A DNA stretch of 64,000 nt from assembly GCF_963921235.1 (NCBI RefSeq), contig NC_086097.1, positions 245,522,001 to 245,586,000 on the forward strand. The letters run 5' to 3'. Source of the stretch: Mobula hypostoma (taxonomy: Eukaryota). The position numbers and the translations under genes were made by a program. The notes under the pieces are model-generated. The model worked only from the letters and a program-made list of their open reading frames with translations, did not search any database and had not been told where the DNA came from. Of this stretch, positions 1 through 11,989 are shown piece by piece. Within the stretch, counting starts at the first letter, position 1; each line of letters begins with the position of its first letter.

Positions 1-570
1 GGGGGCCCTTGATGAGGGGTTCCTTTCTTGTAGCAGTGCTCCTTTGTTGATGTGCTGAATGGTGGAGAGGGCATGGCCTGTGATCAGCTGGGCTGCATCC
101 ATCACGTTTTGTACTTTCCCATTCTTGAGCACAGATGTATCCATACCAGGATGGTTGCAACCATTGAGGATACTCTCCAATGTAGGTGACATTTTGAATC
201 TACATAAGGGGAGTGGAGGCATCTAAGAAGGCCTTGGTGGGAACTGGGACAAATGTTCTTCTGTCTGTGTGAGTCATTTTGTGTCTAAGGGAGTATAATG
301 GAGAAAGGATGTTGTCAGATACATGGGTTACTACGACTACTACGACTAACCAATTTCCCCCAGGATCAATAAAGTATGACTACGACTACGACTAAGTTAT
401 GACCAAAGGAAAAATGGCTGGAGTTCCTTAGCACTTTGGTGCAAGGGTGTTTATTAGGCGCGTCAAAAAACAAACTTACAAAAATTAAGAAAACCGTGAA
501 AAGAAATCGGTCAATATTTACAAAAAGATATTTGCCAGAAAACAGAATAATAGCTCCACACTATTATAGT

Positions 571-748
571 AACACACACAAAATGCTGGAGGAACTCAGC
601 AGGCCGGGCTGCATCTATGGAGAAAGTACTGTTGATGTTTCGGGCCAAGGTGTCAACTGTACTTTTTTCCATGGATGCTGCCTGGCCTGCTGAGTTCCTC
701 CAGCATTTTGTGTGTGTTGTTTGGATTCTTTCTTGTTGTGATTCAATT
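571..748. mobile_element. Fold-back (palindromic) Penelope-like-element terminal remnant
   Basis: aacacacacaaaatgctggaggaactcagcagg... followed by its reverse complement ...cctgctgagttcctccagcattttgtgtgtgtt. Flanked by the 16-bp direct repeat TCCACACTATTATAGT at 555-570 and 749-764. Confidence 0.7.
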
Positions 749-2189
749 TCCACACTATTATAGTCCAGTGTGAGCTCCCGGCAGTCCCTATCTTTCAATA
801 ACACTGTATTTTCGGCATCAGGACATACCATCTTTAATTACCCATAAAGTTAACTTAAGACTACCCATGAATTAGAACATGAGGCACCCCACAATGTGGT
901 CACAATCATACTGCAAAATAAACAGAAGTATCGACCTTAAATACAGTATACAGATTCAGCATGTCCCCTACTTCTGCTCCTATGTCCTATGGTCCTATAG
1001 AAGGATATGGATCAGCCATGATGAAATGGTGGGGCAGAATCAATGGGCCAAATGGCCTAATTCTGCTCTTACATCTTATGGTGTTATGGTCTTACAAACA
1101 ACATAGACACATTTACACATCCGCATTACTAAAGAAATTGAATATTCCACTGTGTATGGCAGGAAAGGCACCATAAAGCCAAGCCCAGTGCATTAGCTTG
1201 GTTTAGGACCCATTATGAGAATATACCGGGGAAGACATTGAAGTGTGAATACTCAGTGCAACGACAGCAGAATGACAAGGCAATACTTGTGTGTAAGGAA
1301 TGCATTTACCATATGCTCGGCGGTTAATGTCAATTCTGCCACCTCTCATCCCCTCTTCCCTTCTCCTCTAGTCTCCCAGTGCAGGCTTTGAGTTGTTTGG
1401 CTGAAGGAGACTGTAGGAGGCTGGAGAAATGTAGAAGTATTTTGTTTATTTTCTCTTTCTCACTGCGATGTAGCAGTGGAACGAAATCTTTCCACAGTTT
1501 TCTCCACATCACTGCCATATCAACACCAAAAATATAAACAATTTTCAATTCTCTTTGAAAAAAATAATCTGGGATGATTATCACCTGACCCTCACTTGCT
1601 GCAGCTGGCTTTTGTTCATACGGGTAAAGTCAGGTGATTGTCTTACAGAAATCTCTTTCTGAAAGTTTCACAACAAAAATGATTGAGGCTTGGTTATTTG
1701 TGACTTGGTTATTTCACTTCTGTCTGTTTTGGATGAAACTGGGGGGAAAATGATAAATAGAAAAGGCAATTAAAGGGATTGAATGTAATATAATATTCTA
1801 CAGAAAATAGCGTAACAGAAAGATAATGTCTGAACAAGTTGTGGTATAAAACAATGCATAGACTAGAATGTAAACAAACCATATAGTTTACATGCAGAAT
1901 CCAAAAGAGTTCAATGTCACTATTCAGGTTAAAATTCTGGCTTCTTGTGCCAACATCATCCCCACAATTTACAAACCCTCAGTGTACATCTTTGGAATGT
2001 GGGAGGAATCAGCAGCACCTGGAGGAAAGCCACATGGTCACGGGAGAGCGTACAGACCTCCTTACAGACAGTGGCGGGAATTGCAGTGGGTAAAGGAAGG
2101 AGGTAGAGTCAGTTTGGAAAGAAGGGTAACTTCAGTTGGGACGGGGATGGATCACCCCTGGGTGATCAAAAGAAAACATGGGTCTGTGA

Positions 2190-2495
2190 GCAGCGTCACG
2201 GTAACGTAGCAGTCAGCACAATCACTTTACAGCGTCAGTGATCACCGATTGGTGTGCGATTCACGCCGCCCTGTGTAAGGAGTTTGTACATCCTCCCCGT
2301 GGCTGTGCAGATTTCCTCCACATGCTACGGTTTCTTCCCACAGTCCAAAGGGTCAGTAAGTTGTGGGCGTGCGATGTTGGTGACGGAAGCGTGGTGACGT
2401 TTGCAGTCAGCCCCCAGCGCATTGCAAACGACGCAAATGACACATCTTACTGCATGTTTTGATGGTTCGCTGTTCATACGTCACACATAAAGCTA
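2190..2495 (+). mobile_element. HE1/V-SINE-like SINE
   Basis: Contains the V-domain-like motif tgtaaggagtttgtacatcctccccgtg...ggtttcttcccacagtccaaag. The family has many copies in the window (about 4820-5110, 32110-32310, 33880-34170, 37015-37255, 49240-49510, 53755-53985; minus strand about 34915-35170, 36370-36590, 45085-45380, 59840-60075, 63320-63490). Confidence 0.7.
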
Positions 2496-2499
2496 ATAG

Positions 2500-2910
2500 A
2501 ACACAGACGAGAACAGGCCCTTCAGCCCTTAATGTTGTGCTGAACCATTTAAATTTGTAATCAAAAGGCTAACTAAACTAATCCTCTCTGTTTGCACAAT
2601 ATCCATATCCTTCCATTTTCCTTTCACATTCACGTGCCTATCTAAACGTCTTTTAAAGTCCCTAATGTATCTGCCTCTATTGCCATCCCAGGCAGCGCAT
2701 TCCAGACACCCACCACTCTCTGAGTACAAAAACCCTGCCCCTCACATCTCCTTTGAACTTACCCCCTCTCAGCTTAAATGCATGCACTCTGATATTAAAA
2801 AACTCACCCTTGGAACGTGGTACAGTCTGTCTACTCTGTCTATGCCTCTCATAGTTTTGTAAACCTTGACTGGATTTCCCCTCAGCCTCCGGCATCCCCG
2901 AGAAAACAAT
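2500..2910 (-). mobile_element. CR1 LINE 3' fragment
   Basis: Minus-strand frames give CR1 ORF2 C-terminal motifs (HAFKLRGGKFKGDVRGR, DFKRRLDRHVN). Confidence 0.8.
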
Positions 2911-3497
2911 CCAATCCTAATTTTATTAATTAATGTGGTATGTTTTGCTGATTTCAGTTTTCGTTTTGATAATTATTCCTTTAAAAGCCAGTATATTTGC
3001 AATCATAATCAATAATTGTGCATACTAGTTCTTACTTTCGATGTGAACACTGCAGTGTGCTTTATGACATACAAGAAAGTGTCCGTGCCTAAACTGGGAA
3101 TTTGCACTGGAAAGGAACAATAAACCAATAACTAGACACACAAAATTCTGGAGGAACTGAGGTTTGGTGGCCACAACTAGAGGTCATGTGTTAAGGGTGA
3201 AAGGTGAGAAGTTTAAGGGGAACATGAGGGGAAACTTTTTCACTCAGAGGGTGGTGAGAGTGTGGAACGAGCTGCCAGCACAAGTGGTGCATGCGAGTTT
3301 GATTTCAACATTTAAGTGAAGTTTGGATAGATACATGGATAGTAGGGATATGGAGAGCTATGGTCTGGGTGCAGGTCGATGGGAGTAGGCAGTTTAAATG
3401 GTTTGGCATGGACTAGATAGGCCAAAGGGCCTATTTCTGTGCTACTTTATGACTCTATATGACTCCATATGACTCTTTATGACTCTATAGCTGTATA

Positions 3498-3960
3498 ACT
3501 CAGCAGGTCAGGCAGCATCTATGGAGGGGAACAAACAGTTGATGTTTGGGCCGAAACCCTTCATTGGGACAGGGAAGATGGGGGGGGGAGGGGAAGGTGT
3601 ACAAGCTGGCAGGTGATAGGTGAGGGAGAGGGTCGGTGGAAGAGGAGGGATGAAGTGATAAGCTGGGAGGTGATAGAAGAAAGAGGTAAAGGGCTGAAGA
3701 AGAAGGAGTCGGTTTGGAGAGGAGAGTGGGCCATGGGAGAAAGAGAAGGAGGAGAGGGACTGTAAGGAGATGATGGGCAGGTGAGAAGGAAGTGAGAATG
3801 TGTTTTGAAAAAAGAGAGAAGGGGAAGGGGGAAGAAATTATTTCAAGTTAAAGAAATTGATCAAGCACCCTGATGAAGTGTCTCAGCCCTAAATGTTGAC
3901 AGTTTATTCCCCCCCATTAATGCTGCCTGACCTGCTGAGTTCCTCCAATATCTTATGTGT
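3498..3960. mobile_element. Penelope-like element terminal fragments with degenerate hammerhead motifs
   Basis: ctcagcaggtcaggcagcatctatgg terminus, purine-rich body, and an inverted terminus cctgatgaagtgtctcagccctaaatgttgac...gctgagttcctcca. Confidence 0.6.
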
Positions 3961-4149
3961 GATGTCAGTGCTTACTTCTTATAAGTATCCTACAAGATGC
4001 CTTTTGGCGGCCTATCAAACTCCTGCAACCACAGACCACATTACCGCTGCAATATCTGAGGAGTGAGCTCAACACCAACATACGATAGATAATTCATGCA
4101 TTCCTCAGGGTCATTCATGAAAGTAGATTTCCCTTGAAATCTCAGCTAA

Positions 4150-4750
4150 TGGTGGTGTGTGCTACAAAAACCAACGCCTTCCATTGGTCCAGGTCAGCTA
4201 TGGATGGTGCATCCCGAATGATACACAAGCCAGGGCAGTACGATATGGAGAGCAGGCTGTTGCCCACGTAGCCAGCTTCTCCTGTCCATGCAGCTGATGA
4301 ATCCAGAAGAATAGTAAAGACCAATACAGTTTGGCACCAACAATGTTGCACGAATTCCCAGTCAGCATTGAATTCAATGTAGGACTGCCTTAGGGACTGT
4401 AGCTCTAGGTTTTTCCTTGACCATTTCTCCTGAAGCCTACCCTAAGAGTGGGTACAAATGCAATGCAGCGGGGATTTGAAATTAAGAGTTCTTTTCTCCT
4501 AGATGAGCTGCCGACCACAGCTGATGAGCCTTATCTGCATGAAGCGATTGGTCTTAAGGCACCAGTAAACCACCCTTGCCTCTTCTCCTGTCAGTAGAAA
4601 TGATTCCACCAGATTTAGTAGCTAAGCCACATGTGAAGGCCAGGAGTTGGACTTGGTTGTCAGAGGCTATTTGAGATACATGCCATTGGGAGCACTTAAT
4701 AGGTAGAGGGAACTTGTCCCCACTACCACCCCCGGCTATAACAACCTTTT
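4150..4750 (-). mobile_element. Non-autonomous interspersed repeat (SINE-like; copies near 17290-17670, 46100-46500, 55350-55900)
   Basis: Long stretches are shared with 55350-55900 (e.g. gtttggcacca..., tttagtagctaagccac...gtgaaggccaggag..ggacttggttgtcagag) and, in reverse complement, with 17340-17670. Confidence 0.6.
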
Positions 4751-5229
4751 GGAACCATTGCAAAAGTCCACGCCAGAAAAAGGCATTACTGTAGTTCTGC
4801 TGGAGGAAGTATCCATAAGTGGCTCGGTAGCTTGACAGCACTAGCTGCCAGATTGAGGTTCAATTCCCGCTGCTGTCTGTAAGAAGTTTATACGTTCTCC
4901 CCGTGGCCATGTGAATTTCCTCTGGGTGCTCTGGTTTCCTCCCAGATTCCAAAGACATACAGGTTAGGGTTAGTAAGTTGTGGGCATGCTATTTTGATGA
5001 TGGAAGCAGGGTGATATTTGTAGGTAACCCTAGCACATTGCAAACAATGATGCAAATGAGCATTTCACTGTCTGTTTCAATGTACATGTGACAGATATAG
5101 TTAATCTAATCTTTATTAAAATGGAGAAGGAGCAGGTATCAGCAGTTTTTTAGGCTATTGTGACATTTTGGACTTAAGTGTAAGGTAATCTAACAAGTTT
5201 ATAAGCAAGATTTTTGGCTTTGGGAATTC

Positions 5230-5640
5230 CATGAGGAGTCCAGGTTGTGATTCCATGCATCGTCACATTGAGGGGTCAGCAGTGGAAAGGGTGAGCAGCT
5301 TTAAGGTCCAGGGCCTCAACTTCTCAGAGGATCTGTCCTGGTCCCAACACATTGATAGAACCATGAAGAAGACAAGAGATTTGGTGTCACCAAAGACTCT
5401 TGCAGATTTCTACAGATGTCCAATGGAGAGCATTCTGACTGGTTGGATTACGTCTGGTATGGAAGCTCCATTGTTCAAGAATGCAAGAAGCTGTAGAGGG
5501 TTGTAGATTCAGTCAGTTCCATCATGGACAGAACCCTCTCCACCACTGAGGACATCTTTAAGAGGTGATGCCTCAAGAACATGGCATCCATCATCAAGGA
5601 CCCTCACCATCCAGAACATGCCCTCGTCTAGTTACCATAA
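5230..5640 (+). mobile_element. Rex1/Babar-type LINE 3' fragment, degraded
   Basis: Translates GSAVERVSSFK..GL.FSEDLSWSQH...LADFYRCPMESILTGWIT, a typical Rex1 ORF C-terminus. Confidence 0.7.
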
Positions 5641-8600
5641 TCAGGACTGATAATGGGTCTGGGCCTGAAACATTGGCACTTTATTCTTGTCCATAGCTCA
5701 GCCTGACCTGCTGAGTTCCTCCAGCATTTTGTATGTGTAAACATATGAGGTATTTTTTTGGCACAGTGCTCAACTTGACATTAATACTAGACATATGAAC
5801 GCACTTAACATAATGACTGCAGCCTGTAACAACTGAAAATTGCAGTTGGAAAACAACTTTGGGTGTGTATGGGCCATTTTGTTTTGCCTTGAATTGTAAT
5901 TAATTTCAGTTGGAATCTTATTCTGGCTTCTGCCTCTTTCCCTTCTCGTTCTGATGAAGAGTCTCAGCCTGAAACGTTGACTAGATGCTGCCAGACTTGC
6001 TGAGCCCCTCCGGCAGGCATTGTGTGTGTGTTGATGAGTATTTAAATTATTTGGTGTCATGGAGTCATGGAGCAGAGGTGTTCAACAAAGCGGTCTCCCA
6101 GTTGACGTTGGGTCTCACCAGTGTAGAGAAGGCTGCACTGGGAACACCGGATACGGTAGACGGCCATAACAGATGCACAGGTGAAGTGTTGCCTCACCTG
6201 AAAGGATTGTTTGGAGTCCTGAACGGAGGTGAGAGGGAATGAGCAGCTGTTACACTTCTGTTGCTTTCAGGGATAAGCACCAGGAGGAAGATTCGAGGGG
6301 AGAGACGAAAGGACAAGGGAATCACGAAGGGATCCTGCGGAAAGTGGAGAGGACTGCTTTTTGAGCACCCCACTGCCTCACGACATTTGTTTATTTCCTG
6401 TGTTTTTGCACTACTTATTTAATTTAACTATTCAATGTGTATATACTTGCTGTTGTTCTCAGTTTTTTCCTCTCTATTATTGTGTATTGCATTGTACCGC
6501 TGCCACAAAGTTAACAAATTTCACGGTGTATACCGGTGATATTAAACCTGTTTCTAATTCTGATTCTGACCTCAGCTCCATCTGCAAAAAGCAAAATTCC
6601 TGGTGTCCAACCTTTTCCATTCCTGTCCTCATTCCCATTCCAAGCTGTTGGTCCATGGCCTCCTCTTCTGCCATGATGAGGCTACTCTCAGGATGGAAGA
6701 GCAACACCTCATAGTCTCTCTAGGTAGCCTCCAACCTCATGGAATGAACATTAATTTCTCAAATTTCCAGTAGTTTTTGACCATCCCCCTTCCCTCTTCC
6801 TCATTTTCCCATTCTGGCCTCTTAATTCTTCTCCTCACCTACCTATCATCTCCTCCTTCCCTTTCTCCCGATGGGTCACTCTCCTCTCCTTTCAAATTCC
6901 TTTTTTTTCCTGCCCTTTACCTTTTCTACCTATTGCCTCCCAGCTTCCTACTTCATCCGTGTCCCCCACCCACCTCGCTTCACCTATAACCTGGCTTGTT
7001 CTCCTTCCCCTCCTCCCACATTAATTTCTGGCACTTTCCCCTCTTCCTTTCCAGTCCTGATGAAGGGTTGCGGCCCAAAAGGTTGACTGTATATTCAACA
7101 TAACACCCCAACACAACGTTCAAGGTAAATTTATTATCAAATTATGTGTATGTCACCATATACTACCCTGAGATTCATTTTCTTGCAGGCATTCACAGTA
7201 GAACAAAGAAATCAAGTTCAAATTCAGATTTATTGTCATTCAATCATACAGCTAAACAAAAGAACATTCCTCAGCGACCAGGGTGCAAAAAGCAGTATAC
7301 AGCCCATAAAATAATATTAACACAATAAGATTAACAGATATAAAATAAGTATTCTGTAGATGTACGAGTTGACATAAAGTGCATATAGTTAAATATAGAA
7401 CAGTATTATTTCCACTGGCACTGTCATAAATAATGTGGTAACAGGGTCTTCAAAATACAATAGAATCAATGAAAAACTACGCACAAAGACTGACAAACGA
7501 TCGATGTGTGAAAGAAGATAAAGTGTGCAAATACACAAAAAATAATAAACAGTAAACTCCAGTGCTTATTACTTTGATTCATGAAGGCCGATGTGCCAAA
7601 AGCTCTCTTTGTGGCCCTAACTACCTTTGACGCCACTTTCAAGGAATTATGGATCTTTGAGGAATTTCAAGGAATTATGGATATTAACTTCTAACAAGCC
7701 TTTTACAGTCAAACCAGTGATAAGCAGTTCAATGAAAGGCAAATTATACCGCTTACCAGCTTGAAAACACTTAATTTGGGAGATTTCCCAGCCTGTTCGC
7801 TAATCCCACTTATTCAAGATCCACATATGAGAAAAGTTGATATTAGCTACTGTCCATTGATAGCAGTGCATGTATTGTTAAGAGGAGGAAAATAATTGTT
7901 ATCCTCTTGGGAGTTTATATTAGCTTATTTGAAGTAGGTAATTAGCTTGCAAAAAGTATGTGGTGACTAACAGCTTAATAGAAGATCCACAAATTTCTCT
8001 TGCTGCGTTATGCAAATTATTAATCAGGGAAAGGTTTTTGCTGGAAATAAGGAGCTTTTCTTCATTCTGTAATGCTTATGTTGTCACAGCAATCATTTTC
8101 ACCAGGATCTCTTGATCTTCAGCATAACCTTTTTCCACACAGTATGAATATTAGTTAGGAACAGTATGTAGTTTGCTTAGCTGTCCACTGCTCTCTTGAC
8201 TATCCTGCCTGATACTTCCTCAAAGAATTCCAACAGATTTGTCAAGTAACATTTCCCCTTAAGGTAGCCTTACTGACTTTGGCCTATTTTATCATGTGCC
8301 TCTGAAAACTCATCCTTAATAATGACCTCCAACATCTTCCCAACCACTGAGATCAGACTAGATGGCCTATAATTTCCTTTTTTTTTCTGCTTCTCTACCT
8401 TCTTGAAGAGTGCAGTGACATTTTCCATTTTCCAGTCCTCTGGTACCATTCCAGAATCTCATGATTCTTGAAAGATAATTACTAATGCCTCCATAATCTC
8501 TTCAGCTACTTCTTTCAGAACCCTGGGTACAGTCCTTCTGGTCTGATGGACTTGATGAAAGTCAGAATAAATATTGCAGCATGTTACTTTGATGCAATCC

Positions 8601-10354
8601 AGGTGCAGTTTGTCTTGTCATTAAGGCAGGAAATACAACATGTACTGAAGCAGATTTTAAAATTAAAAACTATTAGTTGCGTTCAGAGATGTGATTCCAT
8701 TTAATAGAGTCGCATCCTTCTTCCGAGGCTCTGTAATCCTTGTGCTTTTACAGATGGATATGGTATCATAAGACCATAACACATAGTAGCAGAATAAGAC
8801 TATTCAGCCCATCGAGTCTGCTCTGCCATTCCATCATGGCTGATTATTATCCCTGTCAATCCCATTCTCCTGCCTTCTCCCTATAACTTTTGGCGCCCTA
8901 CCCTAAATTCAAGTTCAAAGTAACTTTATGCTCAAAGTGCATGTATGTCACAAATATGTGTATGTATTACTAATCAAGAGCCTGTCAAACTCTGCTTTAA
9001 ATACACCCAGTGACTTGGCCTCTACAGCTGCCTGTGGTTATGAATTCTATAGATCTACTGCCCTCTGAATAAAGAAATTTCTCCTTATTTTTGTTCTAAA
9101 GGGACATCCTTCAATTCTGAGACTGTGCCCTTTGGTCCTAGACTCTCCCACTATAAGAAACATCTCCTCCACATCCATTGCATCTAGACCTTTCAATATT
9201 TGATAGGGTTCAATAAGTTCATCTCAGTAAGGTAACTCCTGTCCTGTGACGTTAAGAGCCATAGAACACTACAGCACAGAAGGAAGCCCTGCAGCCCATC
9301 TAGTCCCTGCTGAACTGTTATTCTGCCTAGTTCCTTCAACCTGCATCTGGACCTTAGCCCTTCATACCCCTCCCATCCATGTACCTACCAAACCTCTCTT
9401 AAATACTGCAAGTGAATTACCACTTCCGAAGGCAGCTCGCTCCACACTCTCACCACCCTCTGAGCGAAGAGGTTCCCCCCTCATGTTCCCCTTAAATATA
9501 ACACCCTTTATCTATGAAGGGTACAGATGGGATAACTGCAAGCAGGCTTTCTCCACTGAGGTTTGGTGAAACTGGAACTAGAGGACATGATCTGGAACTT
9601 GAGGTGATTGCTAGAAGAAGTAAAGGTCTGAGGGAGGAATCTGATAGGAGAGGAGGGTGTACTGTGGGAGAAAGGGAAGGAAGGGGCGCCAGAGGGAGTT
9701 GAGGGAGAAGACAAGGGTAAGAGGTCCACCAGCATTTTGGACATTGATCCAGATTTCAGATTCTGCCGTCTCTTGTGCCTCCAGGAAAGGCTGGTTTTCT
9801 GAAATTGTTGAATTCAATATTGTGCCCTGAGGAGTGAACGCAAAATGAGGTGTAGTTCGTTCCCTGAGCTAACGTGGACTTTACGGGAACAATGCAGGAG
9901 AGAGATCAGAACGGCAGTGGGTTGGAGAATTTTGGTTTGGATGTTGGATTTTGGAAAAGAAAAGGTTTATAAGGTTTCCCAACCGCAATGAAAGGGTGAA
10001 AATGCCCAAAGTGCCGATCATGGGGTTGACATTCAAGGTCTGAATTGTCAAACCTGTGATCGCGAATCCTGGGGCTGATACTCAGACATCGGTGAAGTCC
10101 GAAGGGCGAAGCCAAAGGTCAAAGTGCAGAGCTCGGTGACTCCCAAGGTAGAATTCTGAGGGTGGTGACCCCAGAGGTGGAGGCCTGAAGGTGTCTCGAG
10201 GGCCAGTAACCCCCATGGTCACTGAGATCGGAGGGCTGTGCGAGTCTGGAAGTCCAGGCCCAAAAGTCAAACTGGTGATAGTCTAGTCCTTGGGTCCAGG
10301 CCCAAAGGACAAACCTGTGATCGGCGTGCCGTGGGATTGATGCCCAGACGTCAG

Positions 10355-10583
10355 TGAAGCACCTTCAATTACTCCAAAAGACTGAGGTTTGGTAAAATAC
10401 TGAAAGGCTTTTATTCGCTGTACAATACGACCTCCTCAGTGAGTGTCTGCCCCTGGACTGAGGGGGCGGGGCAAGGCGAACACCTTTATACAGGACTCTG
10501 TGGGAGGAGCCACAGGGGCAGTCAGCAGAGCCGTGTGTCCAGACAGGTAACCGAGTTACAACATATATACATGGTTTACCACA
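10355..10583 (-). mobile_element. Solo LTR (229 bp) with 5-bp TSD
   Basis: TG...CA ends (minus strand starts TGTGGTAAACCA). TSD GTCAG at 10350-10354 and 10584-10588. Minus-strand TATAAA (about 10485-10490) lies upstream of AATAAA (about 10410-10415). Confidence 0.8.
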
Positions 10584-11227
10584 GTCAGCAAAGTCTGAAG
10601 CTGGAGGTCTGATGTCTGCAAGTCCAGGGCCAGGGACTGAAGGCCTGGAGACTGCCTGTCCTGGGGTTGGAGGCCTGTGAGTGGGTGAGTGGAAGCAAAA
10701 GGACTTTTTCTCTCCAGTGCTGCTGAAGGGTCTCAGCCCAAAATGACGACTGTGCTGTTTTCCACAGATGTTGTCTGGCCTGCTGAGTTCCTCCAGCATT
10801 TTGTGTGTGTTGCTTGGATGCAAAAGGAGCTTGCTTTGCTGCTGTTCTTGCTTGTGTTGTTCTGAACATTGTGGGCATGCTAGATTGGCGCTGGAATGTG
10901 TGGCAACACTTGCCTTGGTGTTGTGTTGTGTTGATTGATTGCGCAAAACGGCACATTTCACTGTATGTTTCCATGTACATGTGATAAATAAATTTGAATT
11001 AGAATCTGAAAATGAGAAGCACTCCAGAGACCATGAAATGAGCAGTCCCTTTGGGACATTGAAAGGGCAATGAAAATGATAGAACATAGAACACTATAGG
11101 CCCTTCAGCCCGCAATCTAATCAATCAAGCCTAATCTAATCAATCTAAGTCTTACCTCCTACATAACCCTCCATTTTTCTTTCATCCATGTCTCTATCTA
11201 AGGATTTCGCAAGTCACTCTAATCAAA

Positions 11228-11304
11228 AGGTTCCCAACCTTTTTTATGCCATGGACTGATACCTTTAAGCAAGGGGTCCATGGATCACAGGTTGGAAACC
11301 CCTG
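11228..11304. mobile_element. Tiny hAT/Charlie-like MITE
   Basis: Imperfect TIRs ..ggttcccaacct / aggttggaaacccctg. A related copy lies near 40163-40225. Confidence 0.5.
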
Positions 11305-11989
11305 TGTTTCTGCCTCTACCACCCCCCTCCCCTGGGCAGGGCATCCCACGCTCTGTGTAGAGTGAGGTAAAGTGAGGGGATGAAGATGCTTCTGGGGGTG
11401 GAATCTCTTTGAAAGTGGAGGAAGTCAAGTGATGATGGTTTGAATGTGGAGGATTGTGGGATAGAAAGCAAGGACAAGGGGATGAGAGGCATCTCACATT
11501 TCCAGTAAACTCTGCTGTTTTATCCCCCTGCTAATTGCCATCACTCACCTGTTAACTAGTCAACTGTGAAAGCATTATGTTACAGGAGAACCTTGATCTC
11601 TGCCTCACCCCAGACATTCTCTCCACCCCTTGTAAATTAAAACATACGCTTTCTTATTTTACGAGTTCTGAGGTAGGGAATGTGATCCGAGACACTAATC
11701 TGTTCCTGTCCCCATGGATGCTGTTTGGCCTGTTGCTTGCTCCAGCTTTCCTGATTTCATTTGGGTAACGTGAATATATACAGAAAGGTGCTGGGAGAGG
11801 GCCAGTAACATCGCGAGGGATCCCACCCGCCCTGCTCATGGACTGTTTGTCCCACTCCCACCAGGGAGAAAGCTACGTAGCATCCACACCAGGACAATTA
11901 AACTCATAAACCATAGAACCATAGAAACTACAGCACAGAAACAGGCCCTTTGGCCCTTCTTGGCTGTGCCGAACCATTTTCTGCCTAGT

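Noticed and set aside
10365..11087. 240-aa minus-strand ORF
   Set aside because: It crosses a SINE tail, a Penelope-like terminus and a solo LTR; a chance open frame.
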